A DNA stretch of 42,520 nucleotides from contig JAUWOV010000003.1 of assembly GCA_030611945.1 (NCBI GenBank), positions 1 to 42,520 on the forward strand. Direction: 5' to 3'. This document shows positions 1 through 11,947 of the stretch, in pieces. The position numbers and the translations under genes were made by a program. Each line of letters begins with the position of its first letter. Position 1 is the stretch's first letter. A model generated the notes under the pieces. The model worked only from the letters and a program-made list of their open reading frames with translations. It had not been told where the DNA came from and did not search any database. This DNA is from a bacterium (GTDB lineage Bacteria; JAHJDO01).

Positions 1-153
1 GAGAAAGAGAGATTGATATATCCGTTAGCGCAATTGCCTCTGGAGATGGTGAAGGATGAAAACGGTTCCATAATCAGACCGTTCTTCAAGAGCAGGATAA
101 TGTGGTTGGGATTTGCCATTCCATTCACAATCAGTTCAATAGTAAGAGTTTAG
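1..153 (+). pseudogene. 3'-truncated fragment of a DUF6785-like integral membrane protein (5' end outside window)
   Basis: Frame 1 reads [16 protein letters not shown]...[17 protein letters not shown], matching my recollection of an internal DUF6785 motif. The frame stops at TAG 151-153, where IS-like sequence begins. Confidence 0.55.
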
Positions 154-511
154 TTACAAAAAGTAATGGGAAAATTTTAGGATGAGAAAATCGGACGATT
201 ATTATTTTGTTACTATTTGCGCTCATAGAGGCAGCCCTAATATCAGATAATATAGAGTTGATGCGTTCTTATGTCTACCCATTTTTATATGATTTTTGTT
301 TTTAATCTGGATGAAGAGAGGTTTCTCAGAAAAAGACTCCTGCAAAATAGGGAAATAGTGGAAGACAGGTAGGGAAACTGAGGGTAAAAAAGATAAAAAT
401 GCCAACGGAAGATAGAAAAGAAAGAATAAGAAGAATTTCAGAAGAAATTAGGCGAATTAAGGCATAGTTTGCCTGCTGTAGAATAAATTGTTCTTTGAAA
501 ATTAGTGTATG

Positions 512-1828
512 TCAAGCGGCTCTAGGCAAAACAGAATGGTTAGCAAAAGTGCGATAGCATCTGATTTTCTCAGGCTGTTTCAAGAGAAGCGCAGCAGCGT
601 ATGCAACCAGACTCAAAGAAAGATGAGCAATAGTCATCTGATTCTGAACAGAACGGAGTTTGTAATGAGTGGTTTGTTCAGCTTCTCTGTCACCAAGACG
701 AGCAAAGTATCGCTCAACTTCAGTGCGAAGATTATAAGTATCTTTAAACAGCTTTGTGTCACGCGGCACTTGAGAGCGAGCGTCGTCAGTCAAGTCTAAA
801 TATTTAGTGCATCCGTAAGCTTTGTCTTGAGAGAATTTAGAATGAGAGATTGGACAACCTTTCGGATATTTTTTGGCTACTTTAGGATTAGTTTTAATAG
901 GACAGCGGAACTTGATTCTTGTTCTGGGTCCCTCTGTCCAGATGCCGTCGGATTTCATTTCTAGTCCAGCATCACATAAAGGGCAGCCATGAGAACCAAA
1001 TGTTTTTGGTTCCTGCTGATTTCTGGGATTAATTGGGATAAAAGCTTGGCACTTTAATTCATTAACAATAAAGTTATAAAGCTCTCTTTGATCATATGCA
1101 GCGTCAGCAATAAAGATAGAACCTTTTTTAAAGCCAAAAACACGTTTGAGTTTTCTAATAAGTCTTTTTGCTACTTTTGCGTCTGGAACATTGTTGGGAA
1201 GAGTAAGTTCAACAAGAGAGATACCTTCTTTGGATACAATGACATGAGTGCGGTATCCCCAGAAAAAGACAAGGTTATCTTTCTTGCCATGGATTTCCTG
1301 ACAGGAATAATAACCTAGAGTTGCAGAAAGATTACGTTTAGGTTTTTTGCGCTTATTCCTTGTATTACGATTTGGATTTTTGAAATTATTTTCTCTGGTA
1401 GCAGCCATAACAGGTTTGGAATCAAGTATGAATTTATCAAGAGAAAGAACTTTTTCTTTGACAAGTCCACGATTGAGTTGGGTATAAGGATGTTCAAGTA
1501 TAGAATTAGGAGTTTTTCTAAGAAAGCGATAGAACTGTGTTTCATCAGGAAGGTTATGCATGTTGAAGCCGCACATTTCAATAAGGGTTGGATGGGAATC
1601 AAGAAATTCAATAAGACCTGGAATAGTTTCAATTCGTTCAAGATGTTTGACAATAAAGGCTCTGAGCATGGCATGACGAGAATAGCCTGTACGGCCAACA
1701 CCGTAATTTTTATCAGGCATATTAGGTAGATCAAGAGCCTTAAAGAGCAGATAATATTTTCTGTAGAAGTTTGATGTTTGAATTAATAGTTGAAAATCAC
1801 AGAAGAGAGAAAGTTGAAAGTTTTGCAT
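512..1828 (-). CDS. DDE transposase
   Basis: Motifs LDSKPV, GYRTH, ADAAYD and YNLRTEVERYF (Y-x2-R-x3-E signature). Start moved to ATG 1828, which has AAAGGAAAAG upstream. Confidence 0.9.
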   Translation of the reverse strand: MQNFQLSLFCDFQLLIQTSNFYRKYYLLFKALDLPNMPDKNYGVGRTGYSRHAMLRAFIVKHLERIETIPGLIEFLDSHPTLIEMCGFNMHNLPDETQFYRFLRKTPNSILEHPYTQLNRGLVKEKVLSLDKFILDSKPVMAATRENNFKNPNRNTRNKRKKPKRNLSATLGYYSCQEIHGKKDNLVFFWGYRTHVIVSKEGISLVELTLPNNVPDAKVAKRLIRKLKRVFGFKKGSIFIADAAYDQRELYNFIVNELKCQAFIPINPRNQQEPKTFGSHGCPLCDAGLEMKSDGIWTEGPRTRIKFRCPIKTNPKVAKKYPKGCPISHSKFSQDKAYGCTKYLDLTDDARSQVPRDTKLFKDTYNLRTEVERYFARLGDREAEQTTHYKLRSVQNQMTIAHLSLSLVAYAAALLLKQPEKIRCYRTFANHSVLPRAA

Positions 1829-1878
1829 GACTTTTCCTTTTTGTTTTGATTGTAACTTATTATTTAACAACTGGTTAC

Positions 1879-1906
1879 ATTATATCAAGGCTGGAGGAAA
1901 AGTCAA
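1879..1906 (-). promoter_or_regulatory. sigma70-type promoter of the transposase
   Basis: TTGACT-N16-TATAAT on the minus strand. Confidence 0.6.
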
Positions 1907-1994
1907 GAAATTAATGTTTGCAACTTTCTGTGTAACAGTGAGTTGTGAATTTTGCAGTAGTCATATATGCTAATGCGAAAGGAGAAATAAAGAG

Positions 1995-3155
1995 ATGGGT
2001 ATGTGGATTGGGAGAGGAAGAAAAGCGCGAAGATCCTATGGATTTGATGAAATAGCGCTTGTGCCGGGAAATTTAACTGTTAATCCAAACGATGTGGATA
2101 TTAATTGTGAGATAGGAAATATAAAACTGAGTATTCCTATCATGGCAGCTGCAATGGATGGTGTAGTTGATCCAAAGCTTGCAATTGAGATGTCCAGACT
2201 CGGCGGACTTGCTGTCATGAATCTGGAAGGCATTCAGACAAGATATGACAATCCTGAATCAATCCTAAAGGATATTGCAAAAGCAACACCCGAAAAAGCC
2301 ACAAAACTCGTTCAGGGCATTTATGACAAACCTATAAAAGAAGATTTAATCGTTAAAAGAATAAAAGAAATAAAAAAAGCAAAAGCATTATGCGCAGTAT
2401 CATCTATTCCCCAGAAAGCCGAACGCTTTGGAAAGCTGGCAGAAGAAGCAGGAGCAGATATGTTTGTTGTGCAGGCAACAGTTATATCAATAAAACATAT
2501 ATCCAGTGAATATAAAACAGTTGATTTCACGCGGCTCTGCAGGAATATGAAAATCCCCGTAATAATAGGCAATTGTGTTACTTACTCTATGGCTCTTGAA
2601 CTTATGGCTACGGGCGCAGCAGGAATCTTTGTTGGAATAGGCCCGGGAGCGGCATGTACTACACGAGGAGTGCTGGGAATAGGCGTTCCTCAGGTTACTG
2701 CTACATGCGACTGTGCTGCCGCAAGAGACTTTTATTATAAGCAGACAGGAAAATATGTTTCTATTATCACTGACGGAGGCATGTCTTTAGGCGGAGATAT
2801 TGCTAAGGCATTTGCATGCGGCGCAGACGCGGTGATGATCGGTTCTGCCATGGCGCGCGCAAAAGAAGCCCCGGGAGGAGGATTTCACTGGGGTATGGCA
2901 ACTCCTCATGCTAATCTGCCAAGAGGCACAAGAATAAAAGTAGGAACAGCAGGTTCCCTCAAACAGATACTTCTTGGTCCTGCAGAACTGGATGATGGCT
3001 CACAAAATCTTGCAGGCGCCCTAAAGACTTCAATGGGTAATCTCGGCGCAAGAAATATAAAAGAAATGCAGTTAACAGAAATCATTATCGCTCCTTCCAT
3101 AAAGACTGAAGGAAAAGTCTTTCAGGTTGCTCAGAAAATAGGTATGGGGAAATAA
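1995..3155 (+). CDS. guaB3: GuaB3-family IMP dehydrogenase-related protein
   Basis: YGFDEIALVPG, AMDGVV, GIGPGAACTTRGVLGIGVPQ (catalytic Cys) and HWGMATP...LPRGTR; AAGGAG RBS. Confidence 0.93.
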   Translation: MGMWIGRGRKARRSYGFDEIALVPGNLTVNPNDVDINCEIGNIKLSIPIMAAAMDGVVDPKLAIEMSRLGGLAVMNLEGIQTRYDNPESILKDIAKATPEKATKLVQGIYDKPIKEDLIVKRIKEIKKAKALCAVSSIPQKAERFGKLAEEAGADMFVVQATVISIKHISSEYKTVDFTRLCRNMKIPVIIGNCVTYSMALELMATGAAGIFVGIGPGAACTTRGVLGIGVPQVTATCDCAAARDFYYKQTGKYVSIITDGGMSLGGDIAKAFACGADAVMIGSAMARAKEAPGGGFHWGMATPHANLPRGTRIKVGTAGSLKQILLGPAELDDGSQNLAGALKTSMGNLGARNIKEMQLTEIIIAPSIKTEGKVFQVAQKIGMGK

Positions 3156-3166
3156 ACTAATTAAAA

Positions 3167-3227
3167 AAATCCGAAGCACTAAATCCGAAATCCTAAACAA
3201 TATCAAATTGCCAAAATACAAATGACA
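3167..3227. repeat. Degenerate heptamer array (AAATCCG/AAGCACT/AAATGAC)
   Basis: AAATCCG AAGCACT AAATCCG AAATCCT ... AAATAC AAATGAC between the convergent guaB3 and miaB. Confidence 0.7.
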
Positions 3228-3237
3228 AAAATAGTGT

Positions 3238-6193
<2,956 letters not shown>

Positions 6194-6199
6194 AATCTT

Positions 6200-6227
6200 A
6201 CTATACGGAATTATACATCTATGTCAA
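6200..6227 (-). promoter_or_regulatory. sigma70 promoter, probably leaderless, for HTH-recombinase
   Basis: TTGACA-N16-TATAGT, then 6 nt, then the ATG at 6193; no SD. Confidence 0.6.
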
Positions 6228-6403
6228 GTTTTTTCTTTTTGAAGCAAATATTGCGCTAAAAACATTTTTGATAAAGTTTCTATCCCTTTATAAAAAGAAT
6301 TTCTTGCTTCTTCCAGTTCTACTTCTGTTAATCCTTGTTCCTGAAGTATTATTTCTAATGCTTCCCAACCGCGCTTATTCTTTCTGTTTTCTTTCTTTTC
6401 CAA
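6224..6403 (-). CDS. Small helical hypothetical protein (59 aa, not in ORF track)
   Basis: TTG-start frame LEKKENRKNKRGWEALEIILQEQGLTEVELEEARNSFYKGIETLSKMFLAQYLLQKEKT fills the gap between co-oriented genes. Confidence 0.45.
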   Translation of the reverse strand: MEKKENRKNKRGWEALEIILQEQGLTEVELEEARNSFYKGIETLSKMFLAQYLLQKEKT

Positions 6404-6430
6404 TCATAGGCACCGCCCTCTTTGCAAAAT

Positions 6431-6625
6431 TCAGCTCTTGCCTGCCCTTTCCTTTAGTAATTCTCTTACCTTGCCCTCTGCCCCGCTTATACCCATCTCA
6501 TCAAGAATTAATTTTCTTAAAGGTCTAAATCTTTCTGGAGGAACAGATGCCTCTATATAAAGCAATATGCGATTTTTTGCCTCGTTATATACTTTGAAGA
6601 TTTTTTCCGGCAGATTATTCTCCAT
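6431..6625 (-). CDS. Small hypothetical protein
   Basis: Co-oriented ORF. KNRILL..EA.VP.ERF..LRKLILDE.G resembles small proteins I recall next to recombinases. Confidence 0.65.
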   Translation of the reverse strand: MENNLPEKIFKVYNEAKNRILLYIEASVPPERFRPLRKLILDEMGISGAEGKVRELLKERAGKS

Positions 6626-6709
6626 TATCTTTGCCTTTAAGCTAAATTAATTTTTAAATACTTATTGCTATTTTCCCTTATAACTGACTGTTGATCTTAG
6701 GTGTTTCAT

Positions 6710-7420
6710 CTATTTCTCTTCTTCTTCACTTTCACATTCATCTTTATTGTTTCCAAAAGGCAATTCTGAAGCATTTATATATTTCCATAACTCATCATGT
6801 GCTGCTAAAGCCATTGTGTCATCAAACTTTTTTCCGATATCGCCAAGTTTGTCATAGGTAATGCCTACGCCTCCAAGCCCGGATGCTGTAGATAACCTGG
6901 CTTTTTTTCTAAGCAGCGACAACCTGTCAAGTTCCGCTACTTCCGGAGATTTTCTCTTTTTTTCCACTTGCCTGTCTATCCACCCTTCCTCTGACTTTAA
7001 ATTTTCATACCTATCGTGGATTTTCCTGGCATTATCCGGAGGAGTAAGGTAACCAGCCAGAAATCTTTCCTCTTCCCATGACTCACTTTCCCCTTTTTTA
7101 ATTCTATTGGTAGCTCTTGTCATAGCCTCTCTGCTGCCCTTGATAATCTCGTGACTAGGATCATTTTCATCATAAGCTTCTGTCTCTGTTTTCTGTTTAT
7201 TGTAGACTGCATATATTCGCGGTAGATATTGCTCCAGTTCTTCATCAGACACTTCTTTTTTTTCTCTTTCTTTTTTAGCCTCTTCTGTCCATCTTACATC
7301 TGCATCATCGGCTTCAAGAGAAGATGTTGCTTCTAAATCAGTTTCTTCTTCAGACTCTGTAAATTCCTTTTCGTTTTCTTCCCGGCACTCATCAAAGCTA
7401 TCACTTTCTTCTTCTATCAC
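6710..7420 (-). CDS. Acidic hypothetical protein
   Basis: 236-aa Glu/Asp-rich ORF in operon orientation. Confidence 0.65.
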   Translation of the reverse strand: MIEEESDSFDECREENEKEFTESEEETDLEATSSLEADDADVRWTEEAKKEREKKEVSDEELEQYLPRIYAVYNKQKTETEAYDENDPSHEIIKGSREAMTRATNRIKKGESESWEEERFLAGYLTPPDNARKIHDRYENLKSEEGWIDRQVEKKRKSPEVAELDRLSLLRKKARLSTASGLGGVGITYDKLGDIGKKFDDTMALAAHDELWKYINASELPFGNNKDECESEEEEK

Positions 7421-7456
7421 TTTTTCAGCCCCTTTTAATCCAATATTTTCGCATTT

Positions 7457-7987
7457 TTACATCTCAGCTTTTTTAAATAATCGTATGACTTCCGGAGTGA
7501 ATATATATGGGTCTATTTCCTTTTCCTTAACACCGAGCCTTTTTGCTCTCTTAAACATAGCTTTTGCATCTCTGTCTAAATTTCCAGTGAGATATAAAAT
7601 TGAGCCTAAATAGAGACAAGCGTTTCCTGCTTCTATTCTTTTTAAATCCCCTGAAGTGATAGATTTTATTAAATAATCTTTTGAGCTTTTATAATCAAAA
7701 CCCCTGTATGCTGTTAGCCCTCTTTCCAGATAAACATGCCCATTAATTCTTGGAATGGTATTTGCATAATTTTTAACCTGTCTGGGCTTAGTTGATGGGC
7801 TTTCAACGGGTTTCATATTAACTACATCGTCCAGGATGTCAAAAACGGTTTCTGGTATAGTAAAAACAACTTCAGCAAAGTCATACAGTCCACGGGCAAA
7901 ATCACCTGAAGAGAATCTCGTATGAGCGCAGCCTGTGCTGCTGACAATAATCATGCTCAGCAGAATAATATTGATTTTTTTCTTCAT
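7457..7987 (-). CDS. Lipoprotein with TPR-like C-terminal domain
   Basis: MKKK, hydrophobic stretch and STGC lipobox; A.LYLG.I.Y..G....AKAMFKRA TPR-like helices. Confidence 0.7.
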   Translation of the reverse strand: MKKKINIILLSMIIVSSTGCAHTRFSSGDFARGLYDFAEVVFTIPETVFDILDDVVNMKPVESPSTKPRQVKNYANTIPRINGHVYLERGLTAYRGFDYKSSKDYLIKSITSGDLKRIEAGNACLYLGSILYLTGNLDRDAKAMFKRAKRLGVKEKEIDPYIFTPEVIRLFKKAEM

Positions 7988-8000
7988 AATAATCTCACCA

Positions 8001-8549
8001 CTAATTTAGCTTTTTAATTTGGTATTTACCTGTTTCACAATTAGCCATGACTTGATATTTTGTTCCACCAGTAAAATCATAGACAATTTCTACTTTTCTT
8101 AGCTGTGGATTAATAGGAGCAACTACTATTCTTCGCTTACCTGGCCTGACTTTTATTATATCTCGGGCTGGAGTATTAATTTTTCTTCTGCCAATCTTGG
8201 TAGAGCCAGCAGGATAGCTTCTTAAAACAAGATAAGAATAACGTGAACTCATATTAGATACATTGTTTCTGGAGGGAACAGTTTCTGCAATAGACCTGAC
8301 TCCCTGGCGATGATGTTTTCTTGCTCGACTTTCCGCTGAACCATAGCACTTAAGCACCATCATTATTGCAAAAATTATGGCTACTACCTTAACTGGCACA
8401 GGAACATTTTCAAGCCCATTATATGCCGGTGCTGGCTGCCTATGAACATGGTAATGCGGTTGCTCATATTGTATATCTGCGTCCCTATAACCAGCATCAT
8501 GTCTTCTTGCGCCTCTAGGATTTACAGGAATTGGATCTGGTATGGCCAT
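8001..8549 (-). CDS. Single-pass membrane protein with PEGA-like C-terminal domain
   Basis: TM segment VVAIIFAIMMVL; LVLRSYPAG...NTP....KVRPGKRRIVV is PEGA-like. Start 8549 has SD AGGAGTGA. Confidence 0.6.
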   Translation of the reverse strand: MAIPDPIPVNPRGARRHDAGYRDADIQYEQPHYHVHRQPAPAYNGLENVPVPVKVVAIIFAIMMVLKCYGSAESRARKHHRQGVRSIAETVPSRNNVSNMSSRYSYLVLRSYPAGSTKIGRRKINTPARDIIKVRPGKRRIVVAPINPQLRKVEIVYDFTGGTKYQVMANCETGKYQIKKLN

Positions 8550-9987
8550 TATCACTCCTATCAACTCCATCTATATCAGGAATTTTCTCTTTAATCTTAC
8601 TCATTAAAGGGGCCGCATTACCCAACCCTAAAAGACCATCTTGTGAGCAAATTGGGCACTCCATATTTTCATCAGATTGATCTATCTCCACAGCATCAAG
8701 TTTCCAATCTTTAAGCTCAGTATAAATTTTAACTGGCTGGCAACCAATGCTGGAACAAAATCTCATCATCATCCAGACAGCTAAAGAAGCTACATTCATA
8801 TTAAGAAAATATACTGCTGGCCGTGGTATATCAGCGCCATGAACATAGCCAGCTTGTGATAGAGCTTCTCTGCGTTTTTCCTGCAAAAGGTCTGTAACTG
8901 CATCCCAACTAGAAAATGAGCCCATACAACTTAAACAGTATTCAGCTCCCGGGATAATTTTGAAAATTTGTCCTGATATATATTCAGTTTTATTATTTTT
9001 AACCTGTATACCAGAGCCGCAGTCAAAATATGGAATTCCATGGGCTATAGCCAGTCTATTCATAATTAATCTTGGCCCAATTCTATCAACAGAACCAAAC
9101 AAAATATCTGCCTGTTTAACAGTTTCCTGGGCTTCAGGTTGGGATATATCAGACTGAATAGCTATGACATTAAGGTCAGGATTTACATTCCATAAATACC
9201 TTTTGAGGCAGTTGACCTTTGGAGTATGGTTAAGTGCGTCAAATCTCGTTGTCCCAGGCAATCTGTTCATATTTGAAAATTCAACAATATCAGGGTCAAC
9301 TATGATTAAAGTGGAGACCGGCAATCTAGCTAGCAGCTTACAAATAACAGCTCCCAATCCTCCGACACCAACCACGGCAACTGTTAGATTGTTATATATT
9401 TTCTGAGCTTTTTCCCCAAATGCCAGAATAGTCCTTGAATAAACATCTGCGTCAAAAGTAGTATTTTTAAGTGGAGAAGATGCCGGAATAATCATGTGCA
9501 TTTGTTCAGAGCTAAGCACCTTAATAATATCTACAGGCTGAACACCCTTGCAATTACTGGAGCAAATTCTGGCATCAAGTTTAGTAAAATCAGTGTTAGT
9601 TACAATACTAACAGCAGTTAATCCCTTAAATGTGCGCATGAGATAAGGGAATAATTTTTCTAGGTCATTCCCATCATCAATAAAACTGAAACAAGGAGAG
9701 ATGCTATTTACATGAGAATGGATCTTTATAAGATCTCTCTGTTCTGCAAGGCATTTAAGATAAATTTTTGTCATGAAATCTTTTGTTGGAGAGACAATAT
9801 ATGGGGAGCGTTTTCTGTAATCTTTTGGACCAGCTATCATAAGGTCTTTAACAATCAATCGATTATGATATGAGCTTGAGCTTCTTTCGGCAAATGCAAA
9901 AGCAAGGCTCTCTAAAGAAGATTCAGTTGAAAAAGCTTCCCGAAGTTTTTTGCATTCCTTTTCAAAAAATAAGATTTCTTTTTTCAT
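8515..9987 (-). CDS. JAB/MPN peptidase fused to ThiF/E1 adenylase (BubCD-like)
   Basis: N-terminal E...IHSH-x8-S-x2-D; C-terminal YSR, VVGVGGLG, DPDIVEFSNMNRL, KV, and Zn pairs CLSC and CPIC. Confidence 0.9.
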   Translation of the reverse strand: MKKEILFFEKECKKLREAFSTESSLESLAFAFAERSSSSYHNRLIVKDLMIAGPKDYRKRSPYIVSPTKDFMTKIYLKCLAEQRDLIKIHSHVNSISPCFSFIDDGNDLEKLFPYLMRTFKGLTAVSIVTNTDFTKLDARICSSNCKGVQPVDIIKVLSSEQMHMIIPASSPLKNTTFDADVYSRTILAFGEKAQKIYNNLTVAVVGVGGLGAVICKLLARLPVSTLIIVDPDIVEFSNMNRLPGTTRFDALNHTPKVNCLKRYLWNVNPDLNVIAIQSDISQPEAQETVKQADILFGSVDRIGPRLIMNRLAIAHGIPYFDCGSGIQVKNNKTEYISGQIFKIIPGAEYCLSCMGSFSSWDAVTDLLQEKRREALSQAGYVHGADIPRPAVYFLNMNVASLAVWMMMRFCSSIGCQPVKIYTELKDWKLDAVEIDQSDENMECPICSQDGLLGLGNAAPLMSKIKEKIPDIDGVDRSDNGHTRSNSCKS

Positions 9988-9996
9988 TTTGTCACC

Positions 9997-10425
9997 TCAT
10001 TTTGCAAAACGATTCATTCGCTGGTAAATAATATCAATCACTGTTAGTAAATTATCTCCAGAAATTACGTCCCTTCTGGGGTTCCATGTCTTAATATGAA
10101 TAGAAAGGTAAGCATAATTCTTATCTTCAAGATCATTAACACCGTCAGATTCAAAATAGTGTTCAGGTGTTCTCCCTGATGTAGTTCTTAACCGTTTGTC
10201 CACATAAAAACCATATGGCGCGGTCTCAAATCCGCTATCCAGCCCGGGCATTCTTATTAAAAGGTTGGAATAGGAAGGACGCCACCCTTTTGGCAAATTA
10301 AAATCCTTGATAAAAACCCAGGTATAAGTACTCTTGTCATATTTAATAAACTTGTCAGAAAAAACTCTTTGGACAAGTTCAATATTCTCGTGATACCACT
10401 TTCTTATAATATTATACGTAGCCAT
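9997..10425 (-). CDS. Prokaryotic E2/UBC-fold protein (family E-like) with no cysteine (BubB-like)
   Basis: WVFIKDFNLPKGW, LLIRMP, PYGFYV, YLSIH..TWNP..D...GDNLLT. There is no Cys in 142 aa. Confidence 0.85.
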   Translation of the reverse strand: MATYNIIRKWYHENIELVQRVFSDKFIKYDKSTYTWVFIKDFNLPKGWRPSYSNLLIRMPGLDSGFETAPYGFYVDKRLRTTSGRTPEHYFESDGVNDLEDKNYAYLSIHIKTWNPRRDVISGDNLLTVIDIIYQRMNRFAK

Positions 10426-10443
10426 TTTATGCCCTCCTTTAGA

Positions 10444-10471
10444 AAGGGAGAGAAGACATACTCTCTCCCTT
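10444..10471 (-). terminator. Intra-operon stem-loop between Ubl and E2
   Basis: 10-bp stem AAGGGAGAGA/TCTCTCCCTT with an 8-nt loop. Confidence 0.5.
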
Positions 10472-10487
10472 CCTCTATAAATTGAAA

Positions 10488-10715
10488 TTATCTACCGTCT
10501 TCCACAACTGGCTGGGTTTCAAATCTTTCTCCTGGTTGGACTTGGATTCTCGCATTTTTGTAAATAAGTTTGTTAGTGCCGTCAGGATTTACCCGAACCA
10601 AATCTTTACCAGAACCCTGATTTATGGCGTTTAAGATTCCTCCCCCAGTTATTGTAGAAGGTACTGTGACTGAACGACCAGCAACATTGATGGTTCTTGT
10701 AACGTCTTTTCCCAT
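10488..10715 (-). CDS. Ubiquitin-like beta-grasp protein (BubA/multi-ubiquitin-like), C-terminus EDG-R
   Basis: TINVAGRSVTV...ITGGGIL...LVRV.PDG...IQVQPGERFET pattern; penultimate Gly; directly upstream of E2 and JAB-E1. Confidence 0.85.
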   Translation of the reverse strand: MGKDVTRTINVAGRSVTVPSTITGGGILNAINQGSGKDLVRVNPDGTNKLIYKNARIQVQPGERFETQPVVEDGR

Positions 10716-10822
10716 TTTTACTCACCTCTCTTTCCGCAGCCAAGATGTTTTGTTTTAAACATCTTTCACTACTTGCCTTTTAGATAAGGCCTTTTTATAT
10801 AACTTAATAGCTCTTTGAAATC

Positions 10823-10906
10823 CTATCTCTTTAGAAGCTTAATAACCCCTACAAGAGCGATTAACAGCAAAGCAAGCTTTGTAATCTGAAAAATTTCAGG
10901 ACTCAT
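10823..10906 (-). CDS. 27-aa hydrophobic peptide (not in ORF track)
   Basis: MSPEIFQITKLALLLIALVGVIKLLKR with a GAGGA SD. Confidence 0.5.
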   Translation of the reverse strand: MSPEIFQITKLALLLIALVGVIKLLKR

Positions 10907-10922
10907 ATCTTTATCCTCTATA

Positions 10923-11945
10923 TTAAACGATGCTGCCATCTTCTTTACTCTTCCCTTCTAAGCGATCTCTCCATTTAGAAGGCGATAAACTAATGGAATG
11001 TTTTCGCCAAGAACTCGCAATGCCGATGTCGTATCCATAAGTTACCGTTATCTTGATAATATCTTTATCTCTAAATTGTGGATATCCATTCAAAATAACC
11101 CTAGCAACCTGTTCTGCTTTTGTTTCAAGAACAACAGGTTCCTGTTTGTAGAAAACATTAGCGCTGATATAACTACTAATACCTTTTGGGGTAATAGCTT
11201 TGTCAACAATTACATAAGCGAATGACACATTCTCCATTTTATACAGATGTCTTTGAAGGTTTTGAGGAATAAAGGTCTCTGTGAACGCTTTTTTTGATAT
11301 CAATCTAGGAACTATATCTACACAAAATGCTAGAACACATATAAGAGTTATTGCAAGAAAACCCAGTGAGCGATCAATCGGATTAACTGTAATAGGATCC
11401 ACTGTATCTGTTTTCACAACATATGTCTTACAAACTACATCATGAAGAAATTGTCTAGTGCTACCGGAATAAAAACTGATAATAATTAAACCAATACCAA
11501 AAGCGAATAATTGAATAGCTGTTCTTATTAGTGTTATCAATGATGATGGTGGTAACATAATTCCGGTAAGAAAGAATGGCAGTGTTAATATAGTAGTGCG
11601 GAGTAATGAGGTTCTAAAGGGAATATACTCACCAGTATAGCCTACGACACAAATTTTGGTTATTTTTTTGCCAATGCTTTGACCTTTCCCAAAGCGACTG
11701 TTTAAAAGCCCAAAATAACCTAAACTAATTGCAAATCCGAACAAGCGTCCCCACCCACCTATCTGAGCCAACTGTTTACCAAACAAAAATCCAAGGAATA
11801 TTCCCACAACACCTAAAAATATCCCATCAAGAAATAAAGCTAATATACGCTTCCAAAACCCGCAAATTGGAGAATCTCTTTTCACTCTTTTAACTTTTAA
11901 AGGGGCACCCGATGCTATCTGGCTTAATTGAATATTATTTGTCAT
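10923..11945 (-). CDS. RDD-family membrane protein
   Basis: GFWKRILALFLDG, GQSIGKK...I.VV, SLLR, RQFLHD....TYVV. Confidence 0.9.
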   Translation of the reverse strand: MTNNIQLSQIASGAPLKVKRVKRDSPICGFWKRILALFLDGIFLGVVGIFLGFLFGKQLAQIGGWGRLFGFAISLGYFGLLNSRFGKGQSIGKKITKICVVGYTGEYIPFRTSLLRTTILTLPFFLTGIMLPPSSLITLIRTAIQLFAFGIGLIIISFYSGSTRQFLHDVVCKTYVVKTDTVDPITVNPIDRSLGFLAITLICVLAFCVDIVPRLISKKAFTETFIPQNLQRHLYKMENVSFAYVIVDKAITPKGISSYISANVFYKQEPVVLETKAEQVARVILNGYPQFRDKDIIKITVTYGYDIGIASSWRKHSISLSPSKWRDRLEGKSKEDGSIV

Positions 11946-11947
11946 TG

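Larger units (their letters stand above)
145..1943 (-). mobile_element. Insertion sequence (IS4-superfamily DDE; IS5/IS1182-like), ends uncertain
   Basis: Contains a transposase. Candidate ends are only imperfectly inverted (AGTTTAGTTACAAAAAGT near 147; ACTTTCTGTGTAACAGTGAGT near 1923-1943). No target-site duplication identified. Confidence 0.5.

Noticed and set aside
223-1734. Short ORFs in and around the transposase
   Set aside because: Antisense or alternate-frame ORFs without motifs; 223..405 looks like IS non-coding tail.
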